Assembly (NCBI GenBank): GCA_951406725.2
Contig: OX597829.1
Coordinates: 50,592,001 to 50,656,000, forward strand
DNA length: 64,000 bases
Direction of reading: 5' to 3'
Origin: Octopus vulgaris
Taxonomy: Eukaryota
Made by a program: the position numbers and the translations under genes
The notes under the pieces: model-generated
What the model was told of the DNA's origin: nothing
Database searches by the model: none
Seen by the model: only the letters and a program-made list of their open reading frames with translations
Shown: positions 12,567-25,239 of the stretch, piece by piece
Layout of the letters: each line of letters starts with the position of its first letter
Numbering within the stretch: position 1 is the first letter of the stretch

Positions 12567-15209
12567 TGATTGTGCTGAGAATGGGGTGTGCGAATGTACG
12601 TGGCCTGGGATCAGATTCGAAGCAAGGTCACTTTGCTCAACGATCTTAGGTCGCTTGATTTAAATGTAACTGCAATTAGTGAAACAAGGATCTCTGTAAA
12701 ATACGCTCTAGCATCCATTTCGAGGACTACGAGTTGTTCTCATCTTGTGGTCTGTCAGGAGCGGGTGGCGATGTAGCAGTGCTACTCCGGAAATTCTTAG
12801 ATCTCCAAGTACGGGCTATCTTCTTTGACCCGGATGGTAGGATAATGGTCCTGGACGAGAATGGCAGCGAAGGTGATGCCTTTTGACCTGTGATGGTTTA
12901 TATTCCAACAGGAGCTGGAAGGCCAGATTTCTCCAGGCGTCTAGAAACATTCTTGGGAACGTTTCGCACTTTAGGACTAGTGGGGGACCGGAATAATATT
13001 TTGGACCCACAGAAGGATTGTGCAGGTTTAGTACATAGCAGAATGGGGTGTAACAGCCTCAGAAAGCTGCTTTCCGGCTTCCTGACAGGTACCGACTGGA
13101 TTTCGCTGATGTGTGGACATGGAGCAACCACAGCGGGTCATCTAGATTGTATTTGGATAGCATATTTATTAGGGCAGAGGATATGGATAGCATAGGCTGT
13201 CCACAATCTAAATTAGCCAACTACACAGATCACAAATTTGTGACATGCACAGTCGATTTAGATAGGACCCGTAGTCAGGGACCCGGTTATTAGTAGTTGA
13301 ATGTGTCCTTACCGGCACACAGAGAGTACGCGAAGGGACTAAAGCCATCCGATGCGCCTGAACGGTAGTGACGCGACGTTGAAACAAAAAACCATGATCA
13401 TGTCTTTGACAGATCAGGACGGTTCTGAACAGATGTGTGCGGCTTTCCAGCAGCACATTGCGCGGCTGTTTGGGGAAGGTGATGGGTCGTCGACGGCAGC
13501 GGACTTTACTTTGTACCTAGACGGCCTACCACAGATCTCGTAATGGACGTGAGATTCTACAAAAAGCCGATTACAGCCTCTGGAATACGGGAGGCGATGA
13601 GCGATTGCACAAGTCGCAAATCGTCCGGTTTGGGTGGTCTGCCCTACGAATTCTATGTACTCGTGCCAGATTTGTTTGGCAGCCTTTTTGGCAGATGTCT
13701 ACATTAACTGGCAACAGAACAGAAGAAATCCTAGTGCTGTTAGCCGGAGTTTGGTAATACTGCTGAGAAAGGACACCGACGATGGGGACGAGCTTGGGAA
13801 TTTTCGGCTCATAACTCTGCTAAACGGATAGTTTAAGATTTTGGCCAAAATGTTAGCTAAAAAGTTGGCGCTTGCTGATAATCCTGTCGGAGAGGCCCAA
13901 ACGTGCACAATCCTGAGTAGGTCTATCCACGATAACCGCCACCTTGTGTGATGCATTGTTGAGAGGGTTGAGACTAAAGCTGACTTTGGTGGGACCCTGA
14001 TCAATTTAGATCAGTCGAAAGCTTTCGATAAGGTCGACCATCGCAATTTGGAAGCCACCCTTAAAGCGGCCGGTTGTTTCGGACCCGTTTTCAGAGGTTG
14101 CATTGCTGTAACGCACAGCGACACCTATCGGTGGTCAAAGTAGATGACCACCTATCGTAACCGTTTAGTATCGCACATTCAGTCCGTCAGAGCTGCCCGC
14201 TGTCACCTCTTCTATAAGTGATGGCTCTCGAGCTACTGCTGCAGAAGTTGGGACAATTAAGAGGCATCCCCATTGAAACTGTTTACTTTCTTGTGGAAGG
14301 GACGCGTTCCAATGGTAAGGCGGTCAATTTGCTGCCAACTCCCTCTGCCTGGCGGCTTAGGCATGCCATAGCTTTTGATGCACAAACACGCACTCAGGTT
14401 GCACCACCAGGAACGATTTGTAGAAGGTAAAAGTGTGGGGGCTCCATTTCTAAGACACGCCTTTCTATGGCTCCTCTCTCGGACGGTGCTGCAGTCTTGG
14501 ATAAATGGTAGGCCGAGACTGGGCGCCTGGCCCCTAGAATGCCATCAAGTACTCACTATCCTCTGCAAGTCGGATAATAACATCAATTGATGTTTCACTT
14601 TAAGCTATATACAGAGGATTTGTAGCGAGGAAGTGAGATGAGGTCCTGGGGGAAACCCTCGGGGTCGACGAAGACGAACTGCCTGGTCTATTCCGGAGGA
14701 CTTTCTGGTCGGGGACTACTATGGATAATTTCCAGATGCCTTTAGCTCGGCAGTACTACCGGTTCGAGATCAACTCTACAGGTGCTGTCCGACTGACATC
14801 CCCGAGGTGCTCGCAGGGTGACGAAACTGTTCTGCATGCACTCGTTCAGTGTCCGGGCATTGCTGACTTGTGGGGTTATGTCGAACAGCTGCTGTCGCGT
14901 GTGGGACAGACCCGTCTGTCGTCCGAGTTCATAACGATGATTGCCCTGCCTCCCTCCTTTAATCGGGCAGACAAAGCAATTTTCCTTTGCTTGGTTGCTG
15001 TGGCGAAAGAGGTTGTCTGGTGGACAAGGCTGAAAGGAATGAGGACAGGGACATTCCTCTTTGGTAAAGTCCTCATCGACTTTTTCCAGTTTCAACTGAA
15101 AATGAAAGTGGGGGTGGAGAGGGAGATGCTGTCCTCAAGTGAATTTATCAAAAGGTTGGTGTGGAAGTTGCGAAAATGGCAAGAGTGGATAGTACCACTC
15201 TCAGAGTAG
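12567..15209 (+). pseudogene. ORF2 relic: AP endonuclease, reverse transcriptase, C-terminal Cys/His motif
   Basis: CANVRGL, AISETR, VGDRN, WTWSN, YTDHK and GPGY (APE); GLPYEFY, NFRLITLLN, LDQSKAFDRVDH and VRQSCPLSPLL (RT); PRCSQGDETVLHALVQC. The YADD region appears deleted near 14270. Confidence 0.9.
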
Positions 15210-15350
15210 ACCTGTGAGTCGGAAGAAAGAAGTTGGAGAGGGCTCTCGCCCTTGGTATTCAGGGTGATCTTGGATGGTGGGGGTTCCTCCTGAATCAGGG
15301 GACTCCCATCACGATCCTTTTCCTCCTCTTTTTCTACTGTCATATACTAT

Positions 15351-15577
15351 TTCTTTATTACCCACAAGGGGCTAAACACAGAGGGGACAAACAAGGACAA
15401 ACATAGGTATTAAGTCGATTACATCGACCCCAGTGCGTAACTGGTACTTAATTTATCGACCCCGAAAGGATGAAAGGCAAAGTCGACCTCGGCGGAATTT
15501 GAACTCACAACGTAACGCAGACGAAATACGGCTAAGCATTTCACCCGGCGTGCTAACGTTTCTGCCAGCTCGCCGCC
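15351..15577 (-). mobile_element. Young SINE B inserted in the Tx1-like 3' UTR, 20-bp TSD
   Basis: TSD TTTCTACTGTCATATACTAT at 15331-15350 and 15578-15597; the copy at 3198-3506 shows the empty site. Confidence 0.93.
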
Positions 15578-15723
15578 TTTCTACTGTCATATACTATGTA
15601 TATTTCCCTTCTTCTAATGTATACCGTGTATATTTTATCATTTCATTATAAGTAACCCCCACACTTCATGACTGTTTTTGTATTGTCCCTCGCGTCCTTC
15701 GCCCTGGTGGAAAATTTAAAAAA

Positions 15724-15724
15724 A

Positions 15725-15776
<52 letters not shown>
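15724..15776. repeat. (ATT)n microsatellite shared by the Tx1-like and Dong-like tails
   Basis: Direct reading. Confidence 0.97.
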
Positions 15777-17420
15777 GACTTTTAATCTGTGTAGTTGTTA
15801 CAATCACTTGCCGAGACACACCCAGTGTCCTGGGGTGAGTGAAGGATAAGTGATGTTAAAGTATGGCTGAAAGTTTGGGGAGGGACGGTGGTGAAATATC
15901 TTCGTATAATACAACACAGACATTTAAATGGATAGAGTTTTTCTAAGGATGCGGGTAGTTTTCATCAGCACAATCTTTTGGATTACATTATGACATAGTT
16001 CTCCTAGAATGTGGTCTAGATGTTTCTGACATCCCTTTTTTATCATACCTAGAGCACCAACAATAACAGGAACAGTTCTCGTTTTAAGATGCCACATCTT
16101 TTGTATTTCAATTTCCAGGTCCTTTATATTTACTCAGTTTGTCAAATTCCTTTACAGATATATTTTCATCAGTGGGAACACATCTTTTAGTCTACAAGTA
16201 TTTTCTTCTCTGTCTTTAATAATTATGTCTGGTCAATTAGTCTGGATCATTCTATCAGTGTTGACTGGAAAATCCCAGAGGAAAGTGGCATTTTTACCTT
16301 CAACGACTGGCTCAGGGTGATGTTCATACCAGTAAGGAAGAGTGCTGATTTTGTAGTGTTTACATATTTTCCATTGTAAATACTGTCCGACCCTATCGTG
16401 GAGATTTTTATATTCATTTGGTGTCAGCATAAGACATCCCGAGATGAGATGATCTATTGTTTCATCAAATGTGTCACAGAATCTGCATTCAGGGTCAGAA
16501 CCGTTTTGAAGAACATTAGCCTGGTAGTTTTTTGTGAGTAAGCTTTGATCTTGTGTCGCCAATATGAAATCTTCAGATACTGCTTTCAGTCCTGAACTTC
16601 TCAGCCACGGATGGGTTATGGTTTGATCTACATCAGTATTTTGATTTTGAAGTATATATATTGTCCATGCAGAGGCTTCTGGCTCCTTCGCTCCTCAATT
16701 TGTTTCTGTCCATTCTTTTTTTTGCAGTCTGTTTGATCCATTTGGTTTGTTTTGTGGCAGTGGTTTCGGGTTCTTCAACTATTTCATGATTAATATCAAG
16801 TTCTCTTGTGGATTTGCAAGCTTCTATGACAATCAAATGTAACTTTTTGCTGCTTTCGTGTTTGCACACAAATCGCAGTGTCCAGTCCCCTGTACTAGAT
16901 AAGTACCTGTTCATTGCTATTGTGGATGTCTTATAGTACAGTTCTACCTGCATCATTCTTCACCCCCCCCCATTACTTCTAGGTAGGTACAGACGATCAC
17001 CATCTGCTTTCGGGTGGTGCATGTTCTTAGATGTTAGTAGTTTTCTTGTCTTCCTGTCCAGGCGTTAGAGCTCTGTAAGATTCCAGTTAATGGTGTTACA
17101 ACCGTATTAGGCTACTGGAAGTGGCAGGGTGTTAATGGCTTCGATGCAACTTTTTGGAGTTGAGTTCAGTTTTTAGTATGGGCTCCTGTAATATTCCTTT
17201 CTTATTTTTCCTTCGTGGTAGCATGTTGTATACCGAGTCCTTCGTTTATCCCCAGGTATTTATAACTTTCTTGTGGGCCAAGTTCTTTGATGGTAGTGTC
17301 GGTATCTAATTTAATGGTTGCTGTTTGCTTGAGCTTGCTTCTTACAAAAGTTACTGTATCACAATTATCAAGGCCACGGTCCATCCCGATGTCATTGCTG
17401 AATTCATTAACAGTTATAGC
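15777..17420 (-). mobile_element. 5'-truncated R4/Dong-like element
   Basis: FSNDIGM, YKYLGINE, ATQDQSLLTKNY, CRFCDTFDETIDHLISGC, LWDFPVNTDRMIQTN*PDIII, KYKDLEIE and VPVIVGALGMIKK on the minus strand. Confidence 0.9.
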
Positions 17421-17444
17421 TCGCCATCATTTCAAGCAGACAGC

Positions 17445-17631
17445 TTCTTCTTCTTCTTCTTCTTCTTCTTCTTCTTCTTCTTCTTCTTCTTCTTCTTCTT
17501 CTTCTTCTTCTTCTTCTTCTTCTTCTTCTTCTTCTTCTTCTTCTTCCTCCTCCTCCTCCTCCTCCTCCTCCTCCTCCTCCTCCTTCTTCTTCTTCTTCTT
17601 CTTCTTCTTCTTCTTCTTCTTCTTCTTCTTC

Positions 17632-17696
<65 letters not shown>
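17445..17696. repeat. Compound (TTC)n(TCC)n(TTC)n(TTA)n microsatellite
   Basis: Direct reading. Confidence 0.97.
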
Positions 17697-17829
17697 GATG
17701 ATGCACTTGCATAGCAAATGACTTGATTTGAGATTGTGTGCTGGAACGAAAACAATTGCAGTGTGGAAGATGTTTATAAGCCATTTAAAAAAACACAAAA
17801 GCCGTTAGATTCACTTCAGCATTTAAATT

Positions 17830-18482
17830 TAGGATGGCCGCCATTCTGTAAACTCGCGGAACTTACGAGCTCCGTAAGTTGAAAAAGATTTGTAATCTTT
17901 TCGGCCTTCTAAGGCCTCGTCTTTTCATTTCTGCTGTTATTACATTTCGGAGATGGATCTTTTCCTTTTGATGGACGGAATTCAACACAATTTCTAGTCA
18001 ACTAAACAATTTGAAACTTCATATACTGGTAGAATGTGTCAAAAGAAAACATTATTTTCACTTGGCTTTTTTGATAAATTTGTAATTCGTTTGTTTAACG
18101 TAGTTTAATTTTTCGAATTTTAACCAATCCTATGCTCTCTTTTGAGCTGAAATTTGCAAAACAATGAGTGCGTATAAACATTTTTTGAATTTTAACTGCT
18201 CTCGGTAAAAAACAAATATTTCACAATTTTCTGCAATTTTTTTAAAGATAGCTGATGAAGAAGTCTTGATAATGTTCGATAAAGGAACACACTCCTTAGG
18301 AAATTTTGAGAACAAGGAAATAAATGAGAATATCAACGTAGAATGGTCTAAACTTAATGACGTCACCAGGGTGAAAATTGTTCGTCTCTAAGAAACGTCA
18401 AAACTTTAGGCTTTGCGTGTCGACAAAGAGAACAACAGCAGCAGCAGTGACAGCAGCAGCAACAACAACAACAACAACAATA
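17830..18482 (+). mobile_element. Second, diverged Tx1-like 5' UTR and ORF1 start, interrupted by a partial MITE from 17956
   Basis: CCATTCTGT, TTCTAAGGCC, TTTAAAGAT, ATAATGTTC, ATGACGTCAC, CGTCAAAAC and (CAA)n are collinear with 10640-11105. Confidence 0.65.
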
Positions 18483-18509
18483 GCTGGACCCCTGAAAAAT
18501 TCGCGGTAA

Positions 18510-18720
18510 ACACTAAAAATGTAAGCATCTGTAAACAGTGTACTGGTGCCATGAGAAATGTTTGTATATTACGACCGTCTGTCTTTATGTTCTGAGTTCA
18601 AATTCTGCCGATGTCAACTTTGCCTTTCGTCCTTTGGGGCTCGATAGATTAAGTACCAGTTGTGTACTGAGGTCGATCTAATCAACTGGCAACCCCTCCC
18701 CACAAAAAGTTCAGGCCTAA
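18510..18720 (+). mobile_element. SINE B, older copy
   Basis: TTCTGAGTTCAAATTCTGCCGA...TAAGTACCAGTTG. Confidence 0.7.
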
Positions 18721-18877
18721 AAAAGTATATTGTGACTATAGAAAGTAATGTAACACCAATGACTATATAATCCAACCAAAATATCTCAGTTACACGGAAT
18801 TACTATTTAACCTTAGAATACATCTTACATATTCAAAGGACTTTCTTGGTTTAGTGGTATACAATGTTCTTCTGCTA

Positions 18878-19030
18878 TTCTTTTACTTGTTTCAGTCATT
18901 TGACGGTGGCCATGCTGGAGCACCACACTTTAGTCGGAGAAATTGATCCCTGGACTTATTCCTTGTAAGCCTGGTGCTTATTCTATCAGTCTCTTCTGGT
19001 GAACAGCTAAGTTACAGGGACGCAAACACA
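18878..19030 (-). mobile_element. SINE A 3' part running into a (CATA)n tract
   Basis: TTTTACTTGTTTCAGTCATTTGACGGTGGCCATGCTGGAGCACC. Confidence 0.8.
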
Positions 19031-20001
19031 CATACATACATACATACATACACATGCATACATACATACACACACACACACGTACATACATACACATACA
19101 TACACACACATACGTACATACATACATACACACACACATACATACATACATACATACATACATACACACATACATACATACATACATACATACACACATA
19201 CATACATGCATGCATGCATACATACATACATACATACATACACACATACATACATACAAACATACATACATACATACATACATACACACATACATACATA
19301 CATACATACATACATACATACATACATGCATGCATACATACATACATACATACACATACATACATACAAACATACATACACACATAGATACATACATACA
19401 CACATACATACATACATACATACATACATACATACATACATACGTACGTACATACATACATACATACATACATACATACATACATACATACATACACATA
19501 CACACACACATACATACATACATACATACATACATACATACATACATACATACATACATACATACACACATACATACATACACACATACATACATACATA
19601 CATACATACATACATACACACATACACACATACATACATACATACATACATACATACATACATACTAACATACATACATACATACATACACACATACATA
19701 CATACACACATACATACATACATACATACACACATACATACATACATACATACATACATACATACATACATACATACATACATACATACATACGTACGTA
19801 CGTACGTACGTACGTACGTACGTACGTACGTACATACATACATACATACATACATACATACATACATACATACATACATACATACATACATACATACATA
19901 CATACATACATACATACATACATACATACACACATACATACACATACATACATACATACATACATACACACATACATACATACATACATGCATGCATGCA
20001 T
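19027..20001. repeat. (CATA)n microsatellite, about 1 kb
   Basis: Direct reading. Confidence 0.97.
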
Positions 20002-20143
20002 GTCGGGGTTGGAGGTCGTGGTGAGGCTGGCTGGTGCGAATTTGTGGTTTGCTGGTATGCTAAGAGAGATCCAACACACAATCATATACATACTAACAAA
20101 CACATACATGCAGACACATACACATACCTAGAGAGAGAGAGAC

Positions 20144-20178
<35 letters not shown>

Positions 20179-20819
20179 GTAAGTGTCAGATAGTCCACAA
20201 CGAAGTTTTCACCTCTCACTCTCACTCTCTCTCCTTCTCTTTCACTTCCTTTGCGTCCCTCTTCTCTCCCGCTTTTGATTTAACAATGTGTAAATCCATC
20301 TGTGTATCTACTTCTCTTGCAATGAACGCCGTCACCACTCACTGTCTCTTTCACTCTCTCTCTCTATTTCTCACTCACTTTCTCTCTCTGTCTTTCTCTC
20401 ACACTCTTTCTTTCTCTCTTAGGTCTTCTCTGGAACATTTAAAAACACAAAACGAACACCGTCACCACTCACTCTCGCTTTCACTCTCGCTCTCTATTTC
20501 TTTCACTTTCTCTCTCTCTTTCACTCTCGGTCTCTCTTTCTTTCACTCTCGGTCTCTCTTTCTTTCACTCTCTCTCATTCTCTCTCACTCTCTCTCATTC
20601 TCTCTCACTCTCTCTCATTCTCTCTCACTCTCTCTTTCCTTCACTCTCTCTCACTCTTTCTCTTTTACTTCCTCTCTGTCCTCCTCTCTTTCGCTTTGCC
20701 ATTTCTTCGAAGTGTGACACAACACAGGTACGTACAAAAACAAAAAAATGCATTAATATTATTGATAATAACAGGAACAACAAATACGAAAGAAATAAAA
20801 CATAAAAAGGCAAATATCA

Positions 20820-21070
20820 CCCCTGTTTCTTTTGCGTGAGCGACGGGAAATATGGAGTGCTTCCACACAGACGAAGAAGAATTAAAATTTGCTAGAAAAA
20901 TGGTAAAAAGAGATGGAAGAAGTCTGGCTCCAAACCCTCCATTGGGCGCGATAGAAAATATCGCAATATGCAAACTGGTCACATACTGTTGCGTCGGAGT
21001 TAAATCTCGGCAGATGGAAAATGCTCTCGTGAGCGAAAAGTTCCTTGGGTGTCTACGGGAACAAAAGTCC
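20820..21070 (+). pseudogene. Tx1-like ORF1 fragment (paralog of 11180-11410)
   Basis: DEEELKFARKMVKRDGRSLAPNPP...ENI versus DEEDLKMARKIVKGNRRKVALNPP...ENI. Confidence 0.75.
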
Positions 21071-21099
21071 CAAACTTACAATCGCAAACCAAATATATA

Positions 21100-21393
21100 G
21101 GATCTTTTCCTTTTGATAGCCAGCTTTCAACGCAATTTCTAGTTAACTAAACACTTTAAAAACTTCGTATATTGGTAGAATGTGTCAAAAGAAAACGTTA
21201 TTTTCACTTGGCTTTCTTGAGAAAATTGTAATTTGTTCGTTTAACGTAGTTTAATTCTTCGAATTTTAACCAATCCTATGCTCTTTTCCTATGCTATGTT
21301 TTCTTTTGACACATTCTACCAATATACGAAGTTTAAAAGTGTTTAGTTAACTAGAAATTGTGTTGAAATTTGGCTATCAAAAGGAAAAGATCC
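21100..21393. mobile_element. MITE with about 95-bp TIRs (GGATCTTTTCCTTTTGATAGCCA) and an 8-bp TSD, possibly Merlin-type
   Basis: Long terminal inverted repeats. TSD AATATATA is at 21092-21099; the right copy is restored by removing the Helitrons. A left-arm copy starts at 17956. Confidence 0.8.
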
Positions 21394-21399
21394 AATATA

Positions 21400-22177
21400 T
21401 CTATATATATAAAACTGTAGTTGTGTGAGTGTCTGTCTCCTACGATTTAGATTCCTAACTCCTCCCACATTTTGCGGTGCAGTTTAACCAAATTCGGGTA
21501 TCTTATAGTCGTGATTAATATCAAGCCCGTCTGGCTATTAGCGCGCGTCTACGATGAGTCTACGATTTTAAAAATAATTTAACATCATTTTTTATTCCAT
21601 TTTAATGCATATTTTTTCGTGTGTCGATGGCGGCGGAGTTGGCGTCCACGCTCACGCCTGCACCTGTGTTGCTTCTCCCCCTTCTTCCCTCCCTCGTGAA
21701 GCTGTGGGGAAGGGAGTGTAAGGAAATCAATGTCGTAATGCGTTGTCAAGGAGACCAGCGTTCTTTTAGAACAACGACTTCATGGCTTGAAGACACCAAA
21801 ACAATATATAAAAGTGAAGTTGTGTGTGTCTCCTACGATTTAGATTCCTAACTACTCCCACATTTTGTGGTGCAGTTCAACCAAAACCGGGTATCTTATA
21901 GTCGTGATTCATATTGAGCCCTTCTGGGTACTACCATGAGTCTACGATTTTAAAATAATTTACCATAATTTTTTTCCATTTTAATGCATTTTTCGCTATT
22001 ATATAAGGGAAGTAACTCTCTAAAAATGTCTACGATGAGTCAACAATTTAAAAAAATTTACTATAATTTTTTTCCATTTTTAATGCATTTTTTTGCTATT
22101 TTTTGGCTATAACTCTCTAAAAATGCTTTATAGTTATTTCCCTTACAAACCTGAGCAACGCCGGGCGATACTGCTAG
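21400..22177 (+). mobile_element. Non-autonomous Helitron with duplicated head and extra internal segment
   Basis: TC start, second head near 21806, hairpin and CTAG end at 22174-22177. Confidence 0.82.
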
Positions 22178-22573
22178 TCTTTATATATAAAAGAGAGGTT
22201 GTGTGTCTGTCTCCTACGATTTAGATTCCTAACTACTCCCACATTTTGCGGTGCAGTTTAACCAAAACCGGGTATCTTATAGTCGTGATTCATATCGAGC
22301 CCTTCTGGGTATTAGCGCGCGTCTACGATGAGTCTACGGTTTAAAAAAAAATTTACCATAATTTTTTCCATTTTAATGCATTTTTTCGATATTATATAAG
22401 GGAAGTAACTCTCTAAAAATGTCTACGATGAGTCAACGATTTAAAAAAAATTTACCATAATTTTTTTTCCATTTTTAATGCGTTTTTTTGCTATCTTTTG
22501 GCTTTAACTCTCTAAAAATGCTTATATAGTTATTTCCCTTACAAACCCGAGCAATGCCGGGCGATACTGCTAG
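22178..22573 (+). mobile_element. Non-autonomous Helitron, head-to-tail with the previous copy
   Basis: TCTTTATATATAAAAG start directly after CTAG; ends GCCGGGCGATACTGCTAG. Confidence 0.85.
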
Positions 22574-22934
22574 TATATGTATATAAATGTATGTGTGCGT
22601 GTCTGTGTGTGTGTATACATAAACACACACAGTCACAGACCCCCCCCCCCCACACACACACAGACACACGATGAGCTTTGTGCAGTTTACATCAAACAAA
22701 TCCTCTCAGAAGGCATTAGTCAGGCCTGGGACTACGAGTCCCAGGCTGACGCTTGCCCAGGGTGTCGTGCAGTGGGAATGAACTTGAAACTGCACAAGTC
22801 ACAAAGTGTATTTTCTAAAGCACTCGGCTTCACCTCAAGGTGATCCGACATCTCTTTCTAAACAACTCAACAATTTCTATACATTCTATACATGATTTTA
22901 TTTTACTTCCCTCTCTCTCTCTCTCTCTTACTAT

Positions 22935-23860
22935 AAACCCTTTGATACCAACCCACCTGAGACCACCTCCATTTTAAAGTGATCTAAATTAAAGCTTTCC
23001 ATCAAAATTTCACACTAATTCATTTTCAAACTACAAATAGTTGAATGTGGCAATTCAATGCTTTTGATATCGAACCCACCAGAGACTACTGCTGGTTCCT
23101 TTGTTACATATTTTCCGCTTTAAAGTCATCCGAAAACTTTTCATCAAAATTCCCTGTTAAGTTATGTTCTAAACATCAGTTTAATAATCACCATTATTTT
23201 TACTAAATTCTTCCATATTTTCAAAATTGTTTGAAACAAAACCAGTGTATCTCAACAGAAAAATGGTAACAAAAGTGTTAAAATGATCTAAACGCAGTGG
23301 GCGCAGGAGTGGCTGTGTGGTAAGTAGCTTGCTTACCAACCACATGGTTCTGGGTTCAGTCCCACTGCGTATTACCTTGGGCAAGTGTCTTCTACTATAG
23401 CCTCGGACCGACCGAAGCCTTGTGAGTGGATTTGGTAGACAGAAACTGAAAGAAGCCTGTTGGATATATGTATATATATATGTATGTGTGTATGTATGTT
23501 TGTGTGTATATGTTTGTGTGTCTGTGTTTGTCCCCCTAGCATTGCTTGACAACCGATGCTGGTGTGTTTATGTCCCCGTCACTTAGCAGTTCAGCAAAAG
23601 AGGCTTACAAAGAATAAGTTCTGGGGTCAATTTGCTCGACTAAAGGCGGTGCTCCAGCATGGCCACAGTCAAATGACTGAAACAAGTAAAAGAGATAAAT
23701 CTTACATTAAAATTTTGTGTTGTATTCCAAACACCAGCTTAATAATGACAAAATTATCTTAAATTCTTCCTTATTTTCAAAACTGATTACAAAACTGATT
23801 TCAAAACTGAATACAAACCCAGTGTATTTCAACAAAAATGGTAACAAAAGTGTTAAATTG
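22935..23860. mobile_element. Cluster of degraded TTAA-type (piggyBac-like) MITE pieces, interrupted by SINE A
   Basis: AACCCTTTGATACCAACC and GGTAACAAAAGTGTTAA termini resemble 53539-53756. Confidence 0.55.
23300..23694 (+). mobile_element. SINE A
   Basis: Matches 508-907 with a short internal deletion. Confidence 0.9.
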
Positions 23861-24289
23861 GTATATAAGACACACTCTCACATTAGACAAACCCTACATT
23901 TCAGTTGTAAAAAAAAAAGAAGCTTATTTTGCATAAAAATCATATTTAACAAGTTTCACCACATACTTATACACTCAGTGTCTCTTCATAACATTGTTGC
24001 ATTAGACAAGGGGTTCTCTACCAGGGTTCATGTGACCCTTGGAGGTTCATGCAAGATCTTTTATCAGCAATAAATTGATTGTATTTCTATAATACATAAA
24101 ACAGCCATGCGGTGTCACATAAAAGTGTCTGTGCAGCGCCATGTAAAAGATCTTTGATGCTGGAAGAGGTAAATATACAGTCTTGGTCAGTTTGGTGATG
24201 AAAAACCTAACCATTTTTGGTGCTGGTGCCACATATGAAGCATTGGAGTTGGTGCCATGTGAGAATCACTCATACTGCTGTCATGTAAA

Positions 24290-24478
24290 AGCAGCCATGC
24301 TGGTGCTGTGTAGAAGCACCCAGTACACTTTGCAAAGTGGTTGGCATTAGGAAGGGCACCCAGCCATAGAAACCATGCCAAAACAGACATGGTGTCTGGT
24401 GTAGCTCCCCAGCTTGCCAGTTCTGGTCAAACTGGCCAACCCATGCCAGCATGGAAAATGGATGTTAAATGATGATGA
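24290..24478 (+). mobile_element. 5'-truncated RTE-like 3' UTR with (GAT)n tail
   Basis: GTGGTTGGCATTAGGAAGGG...CCATGCCAGCATGGAAA..GGATGTTAAATGATGATG matches the 3' end of the 59648-60726 element. Similar pieces lie at about 31075-31265, 45766-45960 and 52865-52945. Confidence 0.7.
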
Positions 24479-25239
24479 ATATTTTAACAATATTCTTAAA
24501 CAATTCCTAAGATTTTTTTTTTTTTTTTATATACATCAAATGGCTGTGGAGTTCCACTAGAGTAAGACATTTACCAAAGGGTTCCGGAGGCAAAAAATGG
24601 GTGATGAACACTGCATTATGAACACTGCATTAAATACGGGGCAATTTCTTTTACATTTTAAAATAAAAATAAACATATTATTAACATCTAAACACTTCTA
24701 AAGCAAACTTTGTTGACTTTCATCGTAAGTTGAATTTAACATATGATAGAGTCTTATAAAGCTAGATTCATATATCTTAAATTTGTAGAATTCGTTGTTG
24801 GGACAGTTTAGCTTAAAGGTAAAGCACTGCGACGCGTAATCACAGGGATGTGAGTTTGAGTCTCATAGCTGGCAGCTGACACATTTTTCTGCAAAATATG
24901 GATAGTTTATCCTGTTCATGCTATATTATTACCATTATTCTGCATTTGGGAATATAATTATTTCCTTTTCTTTCAATACATCTCAACGCTTCTCAAGCAA
25001 ACTTTATTTGTTTACTTTCATCGTAATTTGAATTTATATACACCAGTATATATACACCAGTATATATACACCAGTGTATACATGGTAACAATTATTTTGA
25101 CTGCTGCTGATATCATGCCCAATTACCATGTTTTATTGGTATGGAGTTCCTACACACTTCTTTTCATTATGTATTGAGAAGGTGGATGTAGGAAGTCTGT
25201 ACTGTGAACTGGACATGGGATTTTGGCATTTTTGATATC

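Larger units (their letters stand above)
10605..15723 (+). mobile_element. Near-full-length, decayed Tx1/L1-clade non-LTR retrotransposon
   Basis: Two-ORF layout, APE-RT-zinc finger ORF2, 3' UTR ending in an A-rich run and (ATT)n. The 5' boundary is inferred from homology with 17830-18480. Confidence 0.88.

Noticed and set aside
12567-15209. Active autonomous retrotransposon
   Set aside because: Many stops and frameshifts, and apparent loss of the catalytic YADD region.
18974-20109. Long MYVC/HTYI ORFs (also 26345-27019, 34324-35057, 36947-38782)
   Set aside because: Translations of (CATA)n/(TATG)n microsatellites.
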